Position numbers and translations under genes: made by a program
Shown here: piece after piece, positions 1 through 13,642 of the stretch
Position numbering within the stretch: the first letter of the stretch is position 1
How the letters are laid out: every line of letters begins with the position of its first letter
The notes under the pieces: generated by a model
The model's input: only the letters and a program-made list of their open reading frames with translations
Told to the model about the DNA's origin: nothing
Databases searched by the model: none
Origin: Hypanus sabinus
Lineage: Eukaryota
Direction: 5' to 3'
Length of the DNA: 64,000 nt
NCBI RefSeq assembly: GCF_030144855.1
Contig: NC_082710.1
Location: forward strand, 171,926,001-171,990,000

Positions 1-1270
1 GCGACGATGAGGTGAACAGAAGTGAGATACATCGGCTGATTCAGTAGTGCCACAACAACAACCTTGTAATTAACGTTAAGACCAATATATTAATTGTGAA
101 CTTTGGGAAGGAAAAGTCGAGGGAATAAAAACCAGTGCATATCTGCATATCGAGGCGTCGGCAGTGGAAAGGTCGAGCAGTTTCAAATTCCTCGGTGTGA
201 ACATTTCTGAAGATCTACATATGTGGACCCAACATATTAATAACATTACGAAGAAAGCATGCCTATAGTTATATTTCATTGGGAGTTTAATGAAATTTGA
301 TATGTCACCGAACCATTTATAAAATATAACCATATAACAATTACAGCATGGAAGCAGACAAGCTCGGCCCTTCTAGTCCGTGCCGAACGCTTATTCTCAC
401 CCAGTCCAATTGAGACGCACTCAGCCCATAACCCTCCATTCCTTTCCTGTCCATATACCTATCTCATTACATTAAATGACAATATTGAACCTGCCTCTAC
501 CACTTCTACTGGAAGCTTGTTCGACATAGTACCACTCTTTGAGTAAAGAAATTTCCCCCTGTGTTACCCCTAAACTTTTGTCCCCTAACTCTCAACTCAT
601 GTCCTCTTGCATGAATCTTCCCTACTCTTAATGGAAAAAGCCTATCAACGTCATCTCTATCTATCCCCCTCATAATTTTAAATACCTCTATCAAGTTCCC
701 CCCTTAACCTTCTACGCTCAAAGAATAAAGACCTAATTTGTTCAACCTCTCCCTGTAACTTAGTTGCTGAAACCCAGGTAACATTCTAGTAAATCTCCTC
801 TGTACTCTCTCTATTTTGTTGACATCTTTCCTATAATTCGGTGACCAGAACTGTACACAATACTCCAAATTTGGCCTTACCAATCAATGCCTTGTACAAT
901 TTTAACATGACAGCCCAACTCCTATACTCAGTGCTCTCCAATTTTCTGCAGTTGTACTTTGGAGAGTGTTATAACTGTTTGCATCGCCGCTTGGTATTTT
1001 TCTGCATATGATCTCAAAAAATCTACAGCAGGTTGTAAGTTCAGCTAGCTCCATCATGGACTAACCTTCCCACCATTGAGAACATTTTCAAATAGCTAGG
1101 CATCAAAATGGCGGCTTCCATCATTAAGGACGCCTAGCAACCAGGTCACGCCCTGTTCTTATTATTACGATTGGAGGTACAAGAAACTGTAGAAACACAG
1201 TCCATGTTTTCAAAACATCTTAGCAACAGCTTCCGTCCCTCAGCCAGCAGATTTCGGAAATGACTATGAA
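1..1270 (+). mobile_element. Decayed Rex1/Babar-type LINE 3' portion, interrupted by a CR1 insertion
   Basis: Degenerate RT C-terminal motifs (VERSSSFKFLGVNISEDL, G.SP) at 1-320 resume at about 940-1270 (FCSCTLES, IKD...PGHALF, NSF.PSA.RF) after the CR1 block. Confidence 0.75.
329..938 (-). mobile_element. 5'-truncated CR1 LINE 3' end nested in the Rex/Babar element
   Basis: ORF 506..694 (IEVFKIMRGIDR...LFPL...RGHEL...GNFFTQRVV) is the CR1 ORF2 C-terminus, followed by the CR1 3'UTR and ttatatgg tail. Confidence 0.85.
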
Positions 1271-1301
1271 TTAACCCATGAACACTGCCTCACCAGTTCG
1301 G

Positions 1302-1508
1302 NNNNNNNNNNNNNNNNNNNNNNNNNNNNNNNNNNNNNNNNNNNNNNNNNNNNNNNNNNNNNNNNNNNNNNNNNNNNNNNNNNNNNNNNNNNNNNNNNNN
1401 NNNNNNNNNNNNNNNNNNNNNNNNNNNNNNNNNNNNNNNNNNNNNNNNNNNNNNNNNNNNNNNNNNNNNNNNNNNNNNNNNNNNNNNNNNNNNNNNNNNN
1501 NNNNNNNN
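1302..1508. other. Assembly gap (207 N)
   Basis: Run of N. Confidence 1.
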
Positions 1509-1974
1509 ATTTCATGCATTGTACCATACTGGTGCCGTAAAACAATACATTTTACTACATATGACAGTGTCAATAAACTTGATCCTGATTTTGATTTTTT
1601 CTCATAACTTTAGGTTAAGATTACGACTGGGTGAAATGCAAAGAATATTTTGTTGATGAGAAGCACTGTGGATCTTAGTGGGTTTCTTGAGAAACAACCG
1701 CGATGAAGCACTTCTGCTGATGTTGTCTTCAGCAGGAGAAACTACAAAACTTTTCACAATGTAGGAAATTTAACTTCGAAACAGAATTACCGTCCCAAAA
1801 TTATCCAACAGACTCAGAAAATTTCTCGTGTAACGGAGAACGGGAAGCGAAAACAGACCTGTACATACCAGCAAAAATCAACATCTTGTCTGACGATAAA
1901 CTCTGCTGAGATATTCATTGGTTAGCTAAATGAGGAAGTCCGAGATTAGTTGAAATTAGATGAAATTAGATGCT

Positions 1975-4410
1975 TCCCGCCAGTTATTGCCCTCTTTCTA
2001 TTCCTTCCACCCACAGATACCCCGTAGACATCCTCTCCATGACCTTCTCCTTTTCTGCAGCCGTGACACTATCCCTGATCACCAGTGCCACGCCCCAACC
2101 TCTTCATATACAAGTATACGAAGAGCAAGAGGATAAGACGTGAGAGAATAGGACCTATCAAGTGTGACCGTGGAAAAGTGTGCATGGAACCGGAGGAGGC
2201 ACAGTTATTTAATGGATACTTTGCTTTGGTATTCACTACGGAAAAGGATCTTCGAGGTTGTATGGATGACTTGTTCTGGACTGAAAAGCTTGAGCATGTA
2301 GATGTTAAGGGAAAGGATGTGCTGGAGCTTTTGGAAAGCATTAAGTTGGATTGTTCACCGGGACCGGAAGGGATGCACCCCAGGCTACTGTGGGAGGGGA
2401 GGAGGAGATTGCTTAGCTTTTGGCAATGATCTTTGCAACCTCACTAAGGTCAGGAGAGGTTCCAGTGGATTGGAGGTTTACGGTTGTTGTTCACTTATTC
2501 AAGAAAATGAATAGGAATAGCTCAGGGTATTATAGACCACTGAGTCTTACTTCGGTGGTTGGTAAGTTGATGGAGAAGATCCTGAGAGGCAAGATTTATG
2601 AACATTTGAAGAGGCATAATGTGATTAGGCATTGTCAAAGGCAGGCCGTGCCTTACAAGCCTGATTGAATTTTTTGAGGATATGACTAAACACGTGGATG
2701 GAAGAAGAGCAGTACATGTAGTGTCTATGGATTTCAGTAAGGCATTTGACAAGGTACCCCATGCAGGGCTTATAAGAAAGTAAGGAGGCATGGGATCTAA
2801 GGACACATTGTTTTGTGGATCTAGAACTGCCTTGCCCACAGAGGGTAAAGAGTGGTTGCAGATGGGTCATATTCTGCATGGAGGCCCAATGGTGTGCCTC
2901 AGGAATCTGTTCTGGTAGCCCTACTCTTTGTGATCTTCATAAATGAACTGGATGAGGAAATGGAGGGATCAGGAAATTTGATGATGGTACGAAGATTGGG
3001 GGTGTTGGGTAAAGTGTGGAGGGATCTCAGAGGTTAATGCGAGACATCAATAGGTTGCAAAACTGGGCTGAGAGGTGGCAGACGGAGTTCAATCCAGATA
3101 AGTGTGAGGTGGTTTATTTTGGTAGGTCAAATATGATGGCAGAATATAGCATCAATGGTAAGACTCTTCGCAATGTGGAGGATCAGAGGGTTCTTGGGGT
3201 CCAAGTTCATAGGACGCTCAAATCTGCTACGCAGGTTGACTCTGTCGTTAAGAAGGCATTGCCCTTCATCAATTGAGTTTAGGAGCCGAAAGGTAATGTT
3301 GCAGCTATATAGGACTCTGGTCAGACCCCACGTGGAGTACTGTGCTCAGTTCTGGTCACCTCACTACAGGAAGGACGTGGAAACTATAGAAAAGGTGCAG
3401 ATGAGATTTACAAGGATTTTGCCTGGATTGGGAAACATGCATTAAGAGAATAGGTTGAGTGAACTCTGCCTTTCCTTCTTGGAGCAACGGAAAATGAAAG
3501 GTGACCTGATAGTGTTGTCTAGGATAATGAGAGGCATTGATTTTGTGGATAGTCAGAGGCTTTTTCTCAGGGCTAAAATGGCTAGCACGACAGGGCATAT
3601 TTTTAAGGTGTTTGGATGTAGGTACGGAGAAGATATCAGGGGTAAGCTTTTTATGCAGAGAGTGGTGAGTGTGTGGAATAGGCTGCCGGCGGCGATGGTG
3701 GAGGCGGAAACGACAGGGTCTTTTAACATGCTAGATACTTAGAGTTTTGTGTTCAATTCTGGTCACCTCGTTATAGGAAGGATGTGGAAGCTATGGGGAA
3801 GGGGCAGAGAAGATTTACCAGGATGTTGCCTGCTTTGGAGAGCAGGTCATATGAAGCAAGGTTAGCAGAGCTGAGGCTTTTCCCTTTGGAGCGTAGAAGA
3901 ATGAGAGGGGACTTGATAGAAGTCTAAAGATTATGAGAGGCATAGATAGGGTGGGTATTCAGTACCTGTTTTCCAGGGCAGCAATAGCAAACACCAGAGG
4001 GCATATGTACAAAATTAAGGGAGGGAAGTTTAGGGGAGACATCAGGGGTAACACAGAGGGTTGTGAGTGCCTGGAACGACATGCCAGTGATGGTGGTAGA
4101 GGCTACAACTCTAGGGGTATTTAAGAGCTTCTTGGACAGGCACATGAATGAAAGAAAAATAGAGTGTTATGGGGTAGTGTGGATTTAGTACTTTTTTATG
4201 GATTATCTGGGTCGGCACAACATGGAGGGCTGAAGGGCCTGTACTGTGCTATAGTGTTCTATGGTTCTATGCTCCTGGATGGATACATGAGTTTAGAAAA
4301 ATACAGGGCTATGCATAAGCCTAGGTAGTTCTAAGGTAAGGTCACGTTTGGCATAGCTTTGTGGGCCGAAGGGCCTGCATTGGGCTCTAGGTTTTCTATG
4401 TTTCTATGTT
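1975..4410 (+). mobile_element. Decayed CR1 LINE (ORF2 RT fragments) with an inverted 5' segment (about 1975-2106); duplicate at about 16374-18810
   Basis: ORFs 2085, 2420, 2852, 3016, 3155 and 3455 carry CR1 motifs (YRPLSLTSVVGKLMEKIL, GVPQ.SVL, NRLQNWAERWQ.EFNPDKC, WNRLP); the tail ttctatgtttctatg lies at about 4390. Confidence 0.9.
3738..4270 (+). mobile_element. Second CR1 3' end nested in the 3' end of the preceding CR1 (duplicate at about 18137-18670)
   Basis: The host sequence gggtctttta...ctcctggatggatacatg is split by a block with its own RT C-terminus and ctatggttctatg tail. Confidence 0.8.
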
Positions 4411-4582
4411 TTGATAGACATAAAATGTTTTAATCGAATTGTGTTCCTACTTGTAAAGCTATGCTTAACTTAAAAGACCAAAAGAAATAAGCTATTGGCC
4501 CATGAAACCTACTCCGCCATTTCATCATGACTGATCTGTTTTCCTTCTTAGCCCCAATCTCCAACCTTGTCTCCGATTTGGA

Positions 4583-4805
4583 GCGGATTCGATGCGGAAA
4601 AGTTTCATTGTTCGTCCACCTAACACAGGTGTAAGGTTGGATCGTTCCAAGTGCAAAGCCGATCGAGAACGGCTTTGGGCTGGACGGCCCAACTGTGTTG
4701 CTACGCCCGGGTCTGGGTCCTAGAGCGAGGCCCTGTCTTTTTTTTTTGGACAATTGAAACGCCGGATCAGATAGACTGGAAAGCCAAGAATTCTCCTTAA
4801 TACAG
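4583..4805 (-). repeat. Unclassified CpG-rich dispersed repeat (also about 18982-19210, and 59790-60010 on +)
   Basis: The reverse complement shares ordered blocks with 59800-60010: cagtctatctg..cggcgttt, ggaccc.gacccg, ccagccc.a.gccgttc, tccgcatcga.tc. Confidence 0.7.
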
Positions 4806-5460
4806 GACATAGATTTTGGGTAAGGAGTAAGAGATTCGTGGAGAACCTTTTTCATCCGAGTGTGGCAAGTACTTGTATTTCAACGGAGGTGTCATTGCTA
4901 GAAGAATAGTAGCCTAAAGCATTAAGAGGTACTTAGAGGAGCGCTTTAAAGAGCTTTGAAGGCTCTGGCCGGATGCTGGACAATGAGAACAAGGCCAATG
5001 GACGCCCAATGTTTGGCCTGGGTCAGTTGGGCTGAAATGCTATCTGAAGTTTCTGAAAGGCCGATCAATTGATTAAAGTGTGAATTGGGTGACAGAGTAG
5101 GAGATAGAAATATATAGAAACATAGAAAACCAAGCACTCAATACAGGCCCTTTAGCCCACAAAGCTGTGCCGAACCTGACCCTTCCTTAGAACTACCTAG
5201 GCTTTAACCATAGCCCTCTATTTTTTCTAAGCTCCAGGAGTCTTTTTAGAAGTCCCGATTGTTTCCGCCTCCACTACCACCGCCGGCAGCCCATTCCACT
5301 CAGTCACCACTCTGCGTAAGAAACGGACCCCTGACATGTCCTCTATACCTACTTCCAAACACCTTAAAACTATGCCCTCTCGTGCTAGCTACTTCAGTCC
5401 TGGGGAAAAGTCTCTGACTATCCACACGAACAGTGCCTCTCATTATCTTGTACACCTCAA
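4806..5460. mobile_element. Two short CR1 3'-end fragments in opposite orientation (4806-5090 +, 5100-5460 -); duplicate at about 19210-19865
   Basis: CR1 3'UTR and atagaaacatagaaa tail; ORF 5300..5554 contains EVYKIMRG..RVDSQRLFPR. Confidence 0.75.
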
Positions 5461-5949
5461 AAAAGTTCTCAGTTTTAAGAAAAAAGGTAAAAGAGCCACA
5501 AGTTAGCTGAAGTATATGAAGCCACAATTGATTTCGCATATAAACCAATTGCAAGTTTTATTAAAAGCAACACACACAACTGGATTTCCAGCATTACAGT
5601 ATATCTTGTGATTATGGCATGCTTTATTGATTGGCTCTAATAGCCGCAGGTGCCGGGATAACTTAATGATGTATAAAAACTTGGAAGTTTTGAACAGTTT
5701 ATTTCTATGCATAGTTTGAAATTTCGAATATGCGTGTTGAAAAATGCTGAAATTAAATTTAAGATTGCAAAATGCCCACTACAAGTCCCATAAAATTGCG
5801 GCTACATATTTCATGTCCAAACTCTGTCCTCCAGCTAGGCCACAGATAGGATGTAATTCTTGTTATATGATAAAGAACAGTACTGGAGAGGTTGTGGTTG
5901 GGCTGTATGAGCTTCCACGTGTTTGCTACTTCTATGAGGAGAACACAAT

Positions 5950-7630
5950 AAACAAATTAGAATAGCTAACATAAGGCATAAGGCTGCCCTATCAGACAAA
6001 GTAAAGGCAAATCCTAAAAGAATCCTTAACATATCCTACTGACATGTTCAGAGCAAAAGGATTGCATGGGGGAATATTGGTCCTATGGAAGATTAGAATG
6101 GTAATCCATGTGTGGAGTCAAAAGAGATGGCGAGATTTTAAATGGAGATTTTATATTTGCATCTGCGTTCACTGAGGAGACGAACACAGAGTCTATAGAA
6201 GTGAGACAAAACACAGCGAGACCATATACCCCGATATAGATTACAGAAGAGGAGGAGCTTGCTGGCTTGAGGCATATTAGGGTGAATAATTCTCCAGGGC
6301 TGTCAAGGTGTTCCCTCGGACCCACTGGGAGGCAAGTGCAGAAATTGCTGGGGCCCTAATGAAATATTTTAAACATCCTTAGTGACAACTGGGAATTGGG
6401 AACAGGGAATTGGCCCACTGCTTAAGAAAGGCTCTAAAAATAAAGCAGGAAATTATAGGCTGGAGAACTTGACATTAGTAGTGGTAAAGCTGTTGGAAGA
6501 TATTCTAAGGGACAAATATATGTATGCATTTGGCTGGACATGGATTGATTAGAGATAATCTGCATGGCTTTGTGCGCAGTAGGTCGTGTCTACCGTGTCA
6601 ATGACAAGGAGTTTCTCAAGGAATTTGCCAGCAAAGTTAATGAAGGCAAGGCAGCAGATGTTGTCTAGGCATTTGACAAGGATCCCCATGGGTGATTGAT
6701 CAAGAAGGTTCAGTCGCTCGGCATTCAAGATGAGGTAGTGACTTGGAATTGATATTGCCTTTGTTAGAGACGACACAGAATGGTAGTAGATTGTTGCATT
6801 TCTGACTGGAGGCCTGTGGCTAGTGCAGTGTCGCATAGATCAGTGCTGGGCTTGTTTTGATTACCATCTATATCAATCTGGCTGATAACGTGGTTAACTG
6901 GACCAGCAAGTTGGTGGAATCTACCAAAATTTGGGGTATAGTGGATAGTGATGAAGAACTAATTGAGCTTTCAGAGGATCTGCTGGAAAATTGGGCTGAA
7001 AACAGCAGACGGAATTTAATGCCGCTTAGTACAAAGTATTGAACTTCGGTAGGATCAAGAAGGGTAGGACTTAAACAATGCTTTGAGGAGTAGGGTAGAA
7101 CGACAGGATCTGGGAATTATGCCCGTGATTCATTGAAGATGGTGAATAAAGCTGTTGGCACATTGGCTTTCATAAATCTAAATAGTGAGCAGAGGAGATG
7201 AGATGTAATATTGAAGATATATAGGACGTTGGTGAGGCCTAATTTGGAGCATTGTGTGCAGACTTGATCACGAACCAAGGGGAAAGATGTAGATATGGTT
7301 GAAAGAGTGTAGAGACAAATTACTAAAATATTTCGTGACTGGAGGACCTGAGTTATAAGAAAAGAGTGAGTCAGTAAGGACTTTATTCCTTTCAACGTAA
7401 ATGTGAGGGGAGATTTGATAGAGGTGTACAAAATTATGAGAGATATAGATAGGGTAAATGCAAGCTAGCTTGTTCTACTGAGTTTGAGTGGGACTACAAC
7501 TAGTGATCATGGGATAAGCGTGAACCGTGAAAAGTTTCAGGGGAAGGTAAGGGAACACATCTTCACTCAGGGTGTCTTAAGAGTGTTGAACGAACCACTA
7601 GCGCAAGTGATGCATGTGAGCTCTATTTCA
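5950..7630 (+). mobile_element. Heavily decayed CR1 ORF2 (duplicate at about 20355-22035)
   Basis: Broken CR1 motifs (tatatcaatctggctgataacgtggttaactgg, ggtgaggcctaatttggagcattgtgtgcag, EVYKIMR.IDRV). Confidence 0.8.
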
Positions 7631-7659
7631 ACAATTTATTGCTCCAAACGATTTAAGCC

Positions 7660-10600
7660 TTTTTTTGTAATTTTTATTGAAGTTCACCATCAAGCAAACA
7701 TTTCCACAAGATGTATTTCAGATACTATACATATACAATATATCATATAGTTGTATTTGCCACAAATCTCCACTTATCATTTATCTGAGGTATACTTATA
7801 GAACAGAGAGGACAGAAAGAACAAACAAAAGTAGAAAACAAGTAGGTAGTAATAATTTTTACAACATATTCATTGATTTGTGAGAATAATATCAGGTCTA
7901 TGAGGTATTATGTAATTAAACCATTTTTCCCAGTATGAATCAAATTGTTCCAACTTATGATTAACAAATGCTGTTATTTTCTCCATTTTATAAATGTCCA
8001 TTGTCCATTGTACTTTCCATCCATGCGTTTAAAGTTGGGCTTTCCTATGATAGCCATTTCCTGGTAAGAGTCTTTTTACCAGCCATCAACAGTATATTCA
8101 TTATATATTTATCTCTTTTCAACCATTCTTGAGGTATATACCCAAAATATATGGTCTTACTATCTAAGGGTATTTCACATTTAAAGATATCTTTTAGGGC
8201 ATTATGTATCCCACTTCAATAGTCTTTGATAACAGGCTATCTGCAGAAAATATGATAATGGTTTGCATTTTCAATTCCACAATTTCTCCAGCAAACATGG
8301 AGGTCATTATCATAATAGGATTTCTGAGAGGGTGTAATAAAATATCTAATCAAAATTTCCCATCCGAACTCCCTCCATTTCTGTGAACTGGTACACTTCC
8401 ATTGACACCTCCATATTCTCCTCTCGTCCATTCTTCCTCAGATGTAATTATCCCTCCTTCCTTCTCCCATTTTGCTTTAATTTATGAAGTCGAATGGTTT
8501 TTAAGATTTGTCTAACCCTTACACACGCTTGAAATGATTCTACTACCGTTATCTGAATTATATGCTTTTCTAAATACTTCTATCAAACATGTACTTGCCT
8601 TGGTTACATTTTAACCGTCCTATTTCCATACTGTCGCATCTGTAAATACCGATAAAAGTCTTGTTTTTCTAATGTGTTTCTCTTTAAGCATTTCAAAACT
8701 GAACAGTGTTCTTCTTTCATTATATTACAAAGAACTGTTATTCCTTTAGTGGTTCAGTCCTTAAATCTAGCATCCAATTTATTCGGCGTAAAATCCGAGT
8801 CATATGCACACCATTTATGAATTGCAATATGTCCCCCTAGTTTATATTCTTTTATAATTGGTTTCTTTAAGAGTCCATTTCACCCATGTGTTATCAATAG
8901 TATTTATGTAACTTTGTATGTTGTTAACAACCAAAATTGCCTCTATGGGGATGGAAAGTATCCTCTCCTCAATTGTTTTTCCATTGATCATCAAATGACA
9001 GGTTGCACCAGCACATCACAGCTCTCAACTGTGCTGCAAAATAATAATCTCGAAGAGAAAGTAGGCCCCATCCCCCCTTTTCCTCGGCTAATTGCAAAGT
9101 TTTGAGACGAACTCTAGGCATTTAAGTTGCCACATTTATTCTGACAACATGATCTTCCTTTCATTAAATTGATCTTGGTTAATCTCTATTGGTAGGGTCT
9201 GAAAGAGATATAATAGTCTGGGTAGTAAATATTCATTTTAGAGGATCCAATCCTTGAATGGAGGTTAAAATTAGGAATTAAGTTCCATCTTGTTATATCT
9301 TCCTTAACTTTTTATATATAGGCGAATAATTGCGTTGTAATAATTTTGCCAAATCTTTTGCTATAATGATGCCCAAATATTTGAATGACTCTGTTTGCCA
9401 TGCCCATATCTACTTTCAATTTCTCTTGGTGGGCTACAGTTATATGAAACTATTTGGGTTTTGTCTATGTTGATCTTGAATCCTGATAATTGACTATATT
9501 ATTCAAAGGAGTGCATCAATTTAGGTAAAGAGTATGTTGGTTGCCCTGGACAGATCAAAATGTTATCCGCTTAACAGGCCACTTTATGCTCTGTACCTTT
9601 AATAGTAATTCCCCTGATCTCTTCATTTGTCTGATATATTGAGTTAATGGCTCCATATACAATGCGAAGAGTAGTGGTGACCATGCACAGCCCAGTCTCG
9701 TGCCCCTTTCTAGGGTAAGACTATTTGATAAATATCTATTGATTTTAAACCTAGCAGTAGAGTTGTCATATAGTGCCTGTATAGTTTTAATAATTGTGTC
9801 ATTTAAACCAAATCTATGTAAAACTCTGTAAAATTCCAATTAACCGAATCAAATGCCTTTTCCGTGTCCACGCTTATCACTATTGCTCAAATTTTATTTT
9901 TTGTATATGATCCATAATGTGAAGTGTCCTTCGTATATTGTCTTGTGTTTGGCATTGTTGTATAAAACCACTTTGATTATTATGTATAGGTGTGGGTAGG
10001 AACTCTTCTAATCGTTTGGCCATGATGGAGGTAAATAATCTATAATCCACATTAAGAACAGATATTGATCTAAATGACCCACATTTGATTTTATCCTTGC
10101 CTTCTTTCAGTATAGCTGAGATCATCGCTTCCTTACAGCTGGGTCTCATTTGCGCCTTTTTTAGAGCACAGTTCAGTATTGGGAGTAAAACAGGAATTAA
10201 CTCATTTTTAAATTCTTTGAACCACTCTGCCGTATACTCATCTGATCCTGGTGATGTTTAATATAAGCCTACTAATTGCAGTTTTTAGTTCAGCCTCAGT
10301 TATGTCAGCAGTCATCTTTCCATTTAGTTCTTCACTTAAAGTCGGTAACTGCAGAGAATTCAGGAAGGTGTCAATTTGGGTTATGCTTCTCCCTGGAACT
10401 TTGGAATATAGAGTTTTGCAAAACACTTCAAAAGCTTCTTGAATTTCATTTAGCTTATTTTTTTTTATCACTTTTGTTCTTGGATCCCTAATTCTATGAA
10501 TTGTATTTTCTGCTATCTTGTTTTTTAGTTTCCACGCCAGTATTTTCATAGATTTAGATCCACTTTCATAATACCTCTCTTTCAGAAACATTTAATTTGC

Positions 10601-12650
10601 TTTGATTTCTTGTGCAGCAAAACTATTAACTTCATACCTATTTGTAAAAAAAATTCCTCTAAAGTATCTTGTGCCAAGCTCAATTTGTGTTTTTTCTAGT
10701 TCCTTTGGCTTATTTTGTAATTCCTCTAATGTTTTATTTCTTATGTTTTTATATGATGATATCGCTATAATTTTCCCTCTTAAGACAGCCTTCAGAGTAT
10801 CCCATGGAATGGGAGGTGAAACTTCTCCATTATCATTGAATTCTAAGTAAATACCTATTTCGTTTTTAATTTGTTCCTTAAAATAGGGATCATTGAGTAG
10901 AATTGAATTTAGTTTCCAAATAGTATTTTTTGGCTGTATGTCAAAATCAATAGATAGATATATAAATGTGCATGGTCACTTACATCTATTGTTCCAAGCC
11001 CACAGGTGTATATTTTGTCTTTATCTTTACCAAATGTTATGAAATAGTCTGTTCATGTATATACAGAATGGGGGTAAGAATAATGAGTCGGGGAAAAGTT
11101 CCCTCCAATATCAATTTCCTTTAACTTTCTTATGTTAACTTTCTTATGTTAACTTTCTTATGTAAGGAATTTGTTCCATAGGTTTTTCTGTTGGGAAAGT
11201 TTAACTTTCGTTGTAATTGTAAATTTAAGTCTTCCTCAGAAATCAAGAAAACTTCTGTTTCCGTTAGCATAATATTCGTACTTTTCTGGAAGAAACTAAT
11301 ATCACCTACTCGGGGTGCGTATATATTGAATAGAGTAGCTGAATTTCCGTCTACATTCCCCCTTACCAGAATATATCTATTCTCTATATCTCCAATTTGA
11401 ATACTTTTTCAAAATATGGCTTGCCTGAGATGAGAATTCGGAAGCCCATTCTGTTTAGTTTTCCATGTTCATTAACACTTAAGTGAGTTTCCTTTAAGTA
11501 TACTACATGGGCTTGCTCTTTCTTCATTTTTGATGGAATGCTAGAGCGTTTGATTGGATTTAACAGCCCATTGATATTAGAGGAAATTAATATCTTTGTC
11601 CTTAGCCATCTGTATTTATCTGTCAGTATCTCATTGAAATTAGCAGAATAAAACTTAATCGATCTACTCCCTGAACAAATAAGAACCAAGAAACGCGAAT
11701 AAAAAGATAGGCAACGGAGGTGTGATGCCAAGGGTGAGGTCTCTAGTAGATGACCGTGGGTTGAGTTAGAGGAAACGTCTAGCCGTGGGGGATAGCTTCT
11801 CCTACCTGAGAGTTGAAGGTCCCCACTGCAGTACCCATAAAAGTAAATGACAAAATCTATGTCCATTACACAGAAAGGATTTCCTGTGCATTCCTCCCAT
11901 GTATATATTCTTACTTAAGTGGGGATATAGCAGTGAATGAATGAATGAATAAAAAATAAAATAATTGAGTAATATAAAATCCACATTGTAATATGTATTT
12001 CTTGAGATAAGTATAGTACCATCTCTTTTTGCTTCTGTTTAGCTTATCAACACTTTTGAAATTAGCTCTTCTGGAAGAGGTGAGGGCTGTCTTCTGAAAA
12101 CTTACAGTCTCTTCCTGATATTCTCCTCTCGCCCTCCTCCCGTCCCCTGCTTTCTAGATTCTCTCAGTGTTTCCCAAGCAGAGTGGGATAGCTGCTCAGC
12201 CAGGCCTTCCCTCGGCTTGATCACACTGACGGGCAACCCTCTGGCCTTCATGTCTGCAGTCGCCTCTTACACTGTCTGATATAGTTGCGTCCCGTCTTCA
12301 TAAAACACTAGCAATTTAGCAGGATACGGAGTCCAGAAGCTAATCTTTCTTTGCTTTAATACTCGCTTCGCTTCAGAATATTCCTTATGCTCCTGCAGGA
12401 TCACTGGGGGGTAATCCTGATCAAAATATATCAATTTCCCGTTCATAAATACCTTCTTCTTTTCCCAGGCCTTGCGCAGAATCTCTGCTTTGGTTTTGTG
12501 CCGAATGAATCTAATCACTATTGACCGTGGGTTATCTTCCCTGTCTTCAGAAGGCCTCGGGACGAGCGCGCGAAGTGCTCTCTCAATGTCAAGTGCCATG
12601 GTCGGGTGTGTCAGATTTAAGCTTGTAATAAATTATTTCTCAATATCTGC
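7660..12650 (-). mobile_element. 5'-truncated, frameshifted L1-clade LINE (partial ORF1 plus ORF2), copy 1
   Basis: ORF1 C-terminal domain (DIERA.RAL, PRSIVIRF, IYFDQDYP, TPYPAKL), endonuclease (NINGLLNPIKR, LKETHL), RT (SISVLNVDY, GTR.GC..SPLLFALY.EPL), Cys motif (CWRNCG...HIF) and a poly-A remnant at 7660. A 14-bp unit taactttcttatgt is triplicated at 11122-11163. Confidence 0.92.
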
Positions 12651-12779
12651 TTGCACAATCTGAGGCCCGTTTACCTCCTGAGAACCCTGCTGCGCCGAGG
12701 CTTAGCATGATACCACGACACGGAATTAGGAAGCTTGGGTGCAGTATAGTAACCGAGTTCAAGTGTGATGTCAACGCTT

Positions 12780-12915
12780 ACAAACTAAAAATCATGAGAG
12801 CTATGGGGAACCGTAGGTCTTTTCTAAAGTCAGTAAATGTTCGGCACAGGATTGTGGCTCGAAGGGCCTGCATTGTGTTGTAGGTTTTTTGTGTTCTATA
12901 TTTCTATGCTTCTGT
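12780..12915 (+). mobile_element. CR1 3' tail fragment (duplicate at about 27185-27320)
   Basis: gttcggcacaggattgtggctcgaagggcctgcattgtgttgtagg...ctatatttctatg. Confidence 0.7.
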
Positions 12916-13642
12916 AAGAAGAGGTTAGCTGGTATGTACTTTAATAAAGTTCTTCACTGAGATGTGGAAAAGTAAGAGATAACCAGATGTCATATGAAGG
13001 AAATAAGTCTTTCACAAAGCGAAAAATACTGCCAGACATTGATATGAATATTTATGGATTACCGTGAGGGAGAATTTTTTCAACTGCAATTCCGAGGCAC
13101 GTTTCCTGGGAACGTAGTGAGAGTGGATGGCATCATATTTTCAAACTATTTGATGAGCACTTGGAGAGGAGTACCCTTTCAGGCTAAGGACACATTGTGG
13201 GATTTGTTTGACTAAATCCTTTTCTGCCAGATTAGAACATAGCTCACTACAGCACAGAATGGGGGATGATCTAGAAATGCGATGAAACACTAGGACTAAT
13301 GACCAGATGTATCTCACTCAAGAAGCACCAGTGACTGCATCAAATTGAGTGTGCCGAAAATGTATGAATTAAGTTCTGAAAAAGATCTAGAAACCCAACT
13401 TTGTTTCCTTGTCTCCAAATGCGCCTGACGTGTTAAGTGTTTCCAACATTTTATCTAATTTGCCTTTTTTTAACTGCAGAACTTGTGGCTGATTTAAGTG
13501 TACTCTAGATTTTGTATTGCTCTATTTCTGTTGTGGACTGTTGGTGAGACCTGGCACTACCTAGAGGCGGCACAGCGTGACACATCCGTGCAGAAATGAA
13601 TTGCTGTGCCGTCACTTGGCTCTATCGTGTTTGACTACATTA

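Noticed and set aside
1264-1607. ORFs spanning N runs (also 15878-16324)
   Set aside because: Artefacts of translating through assembly gaps.
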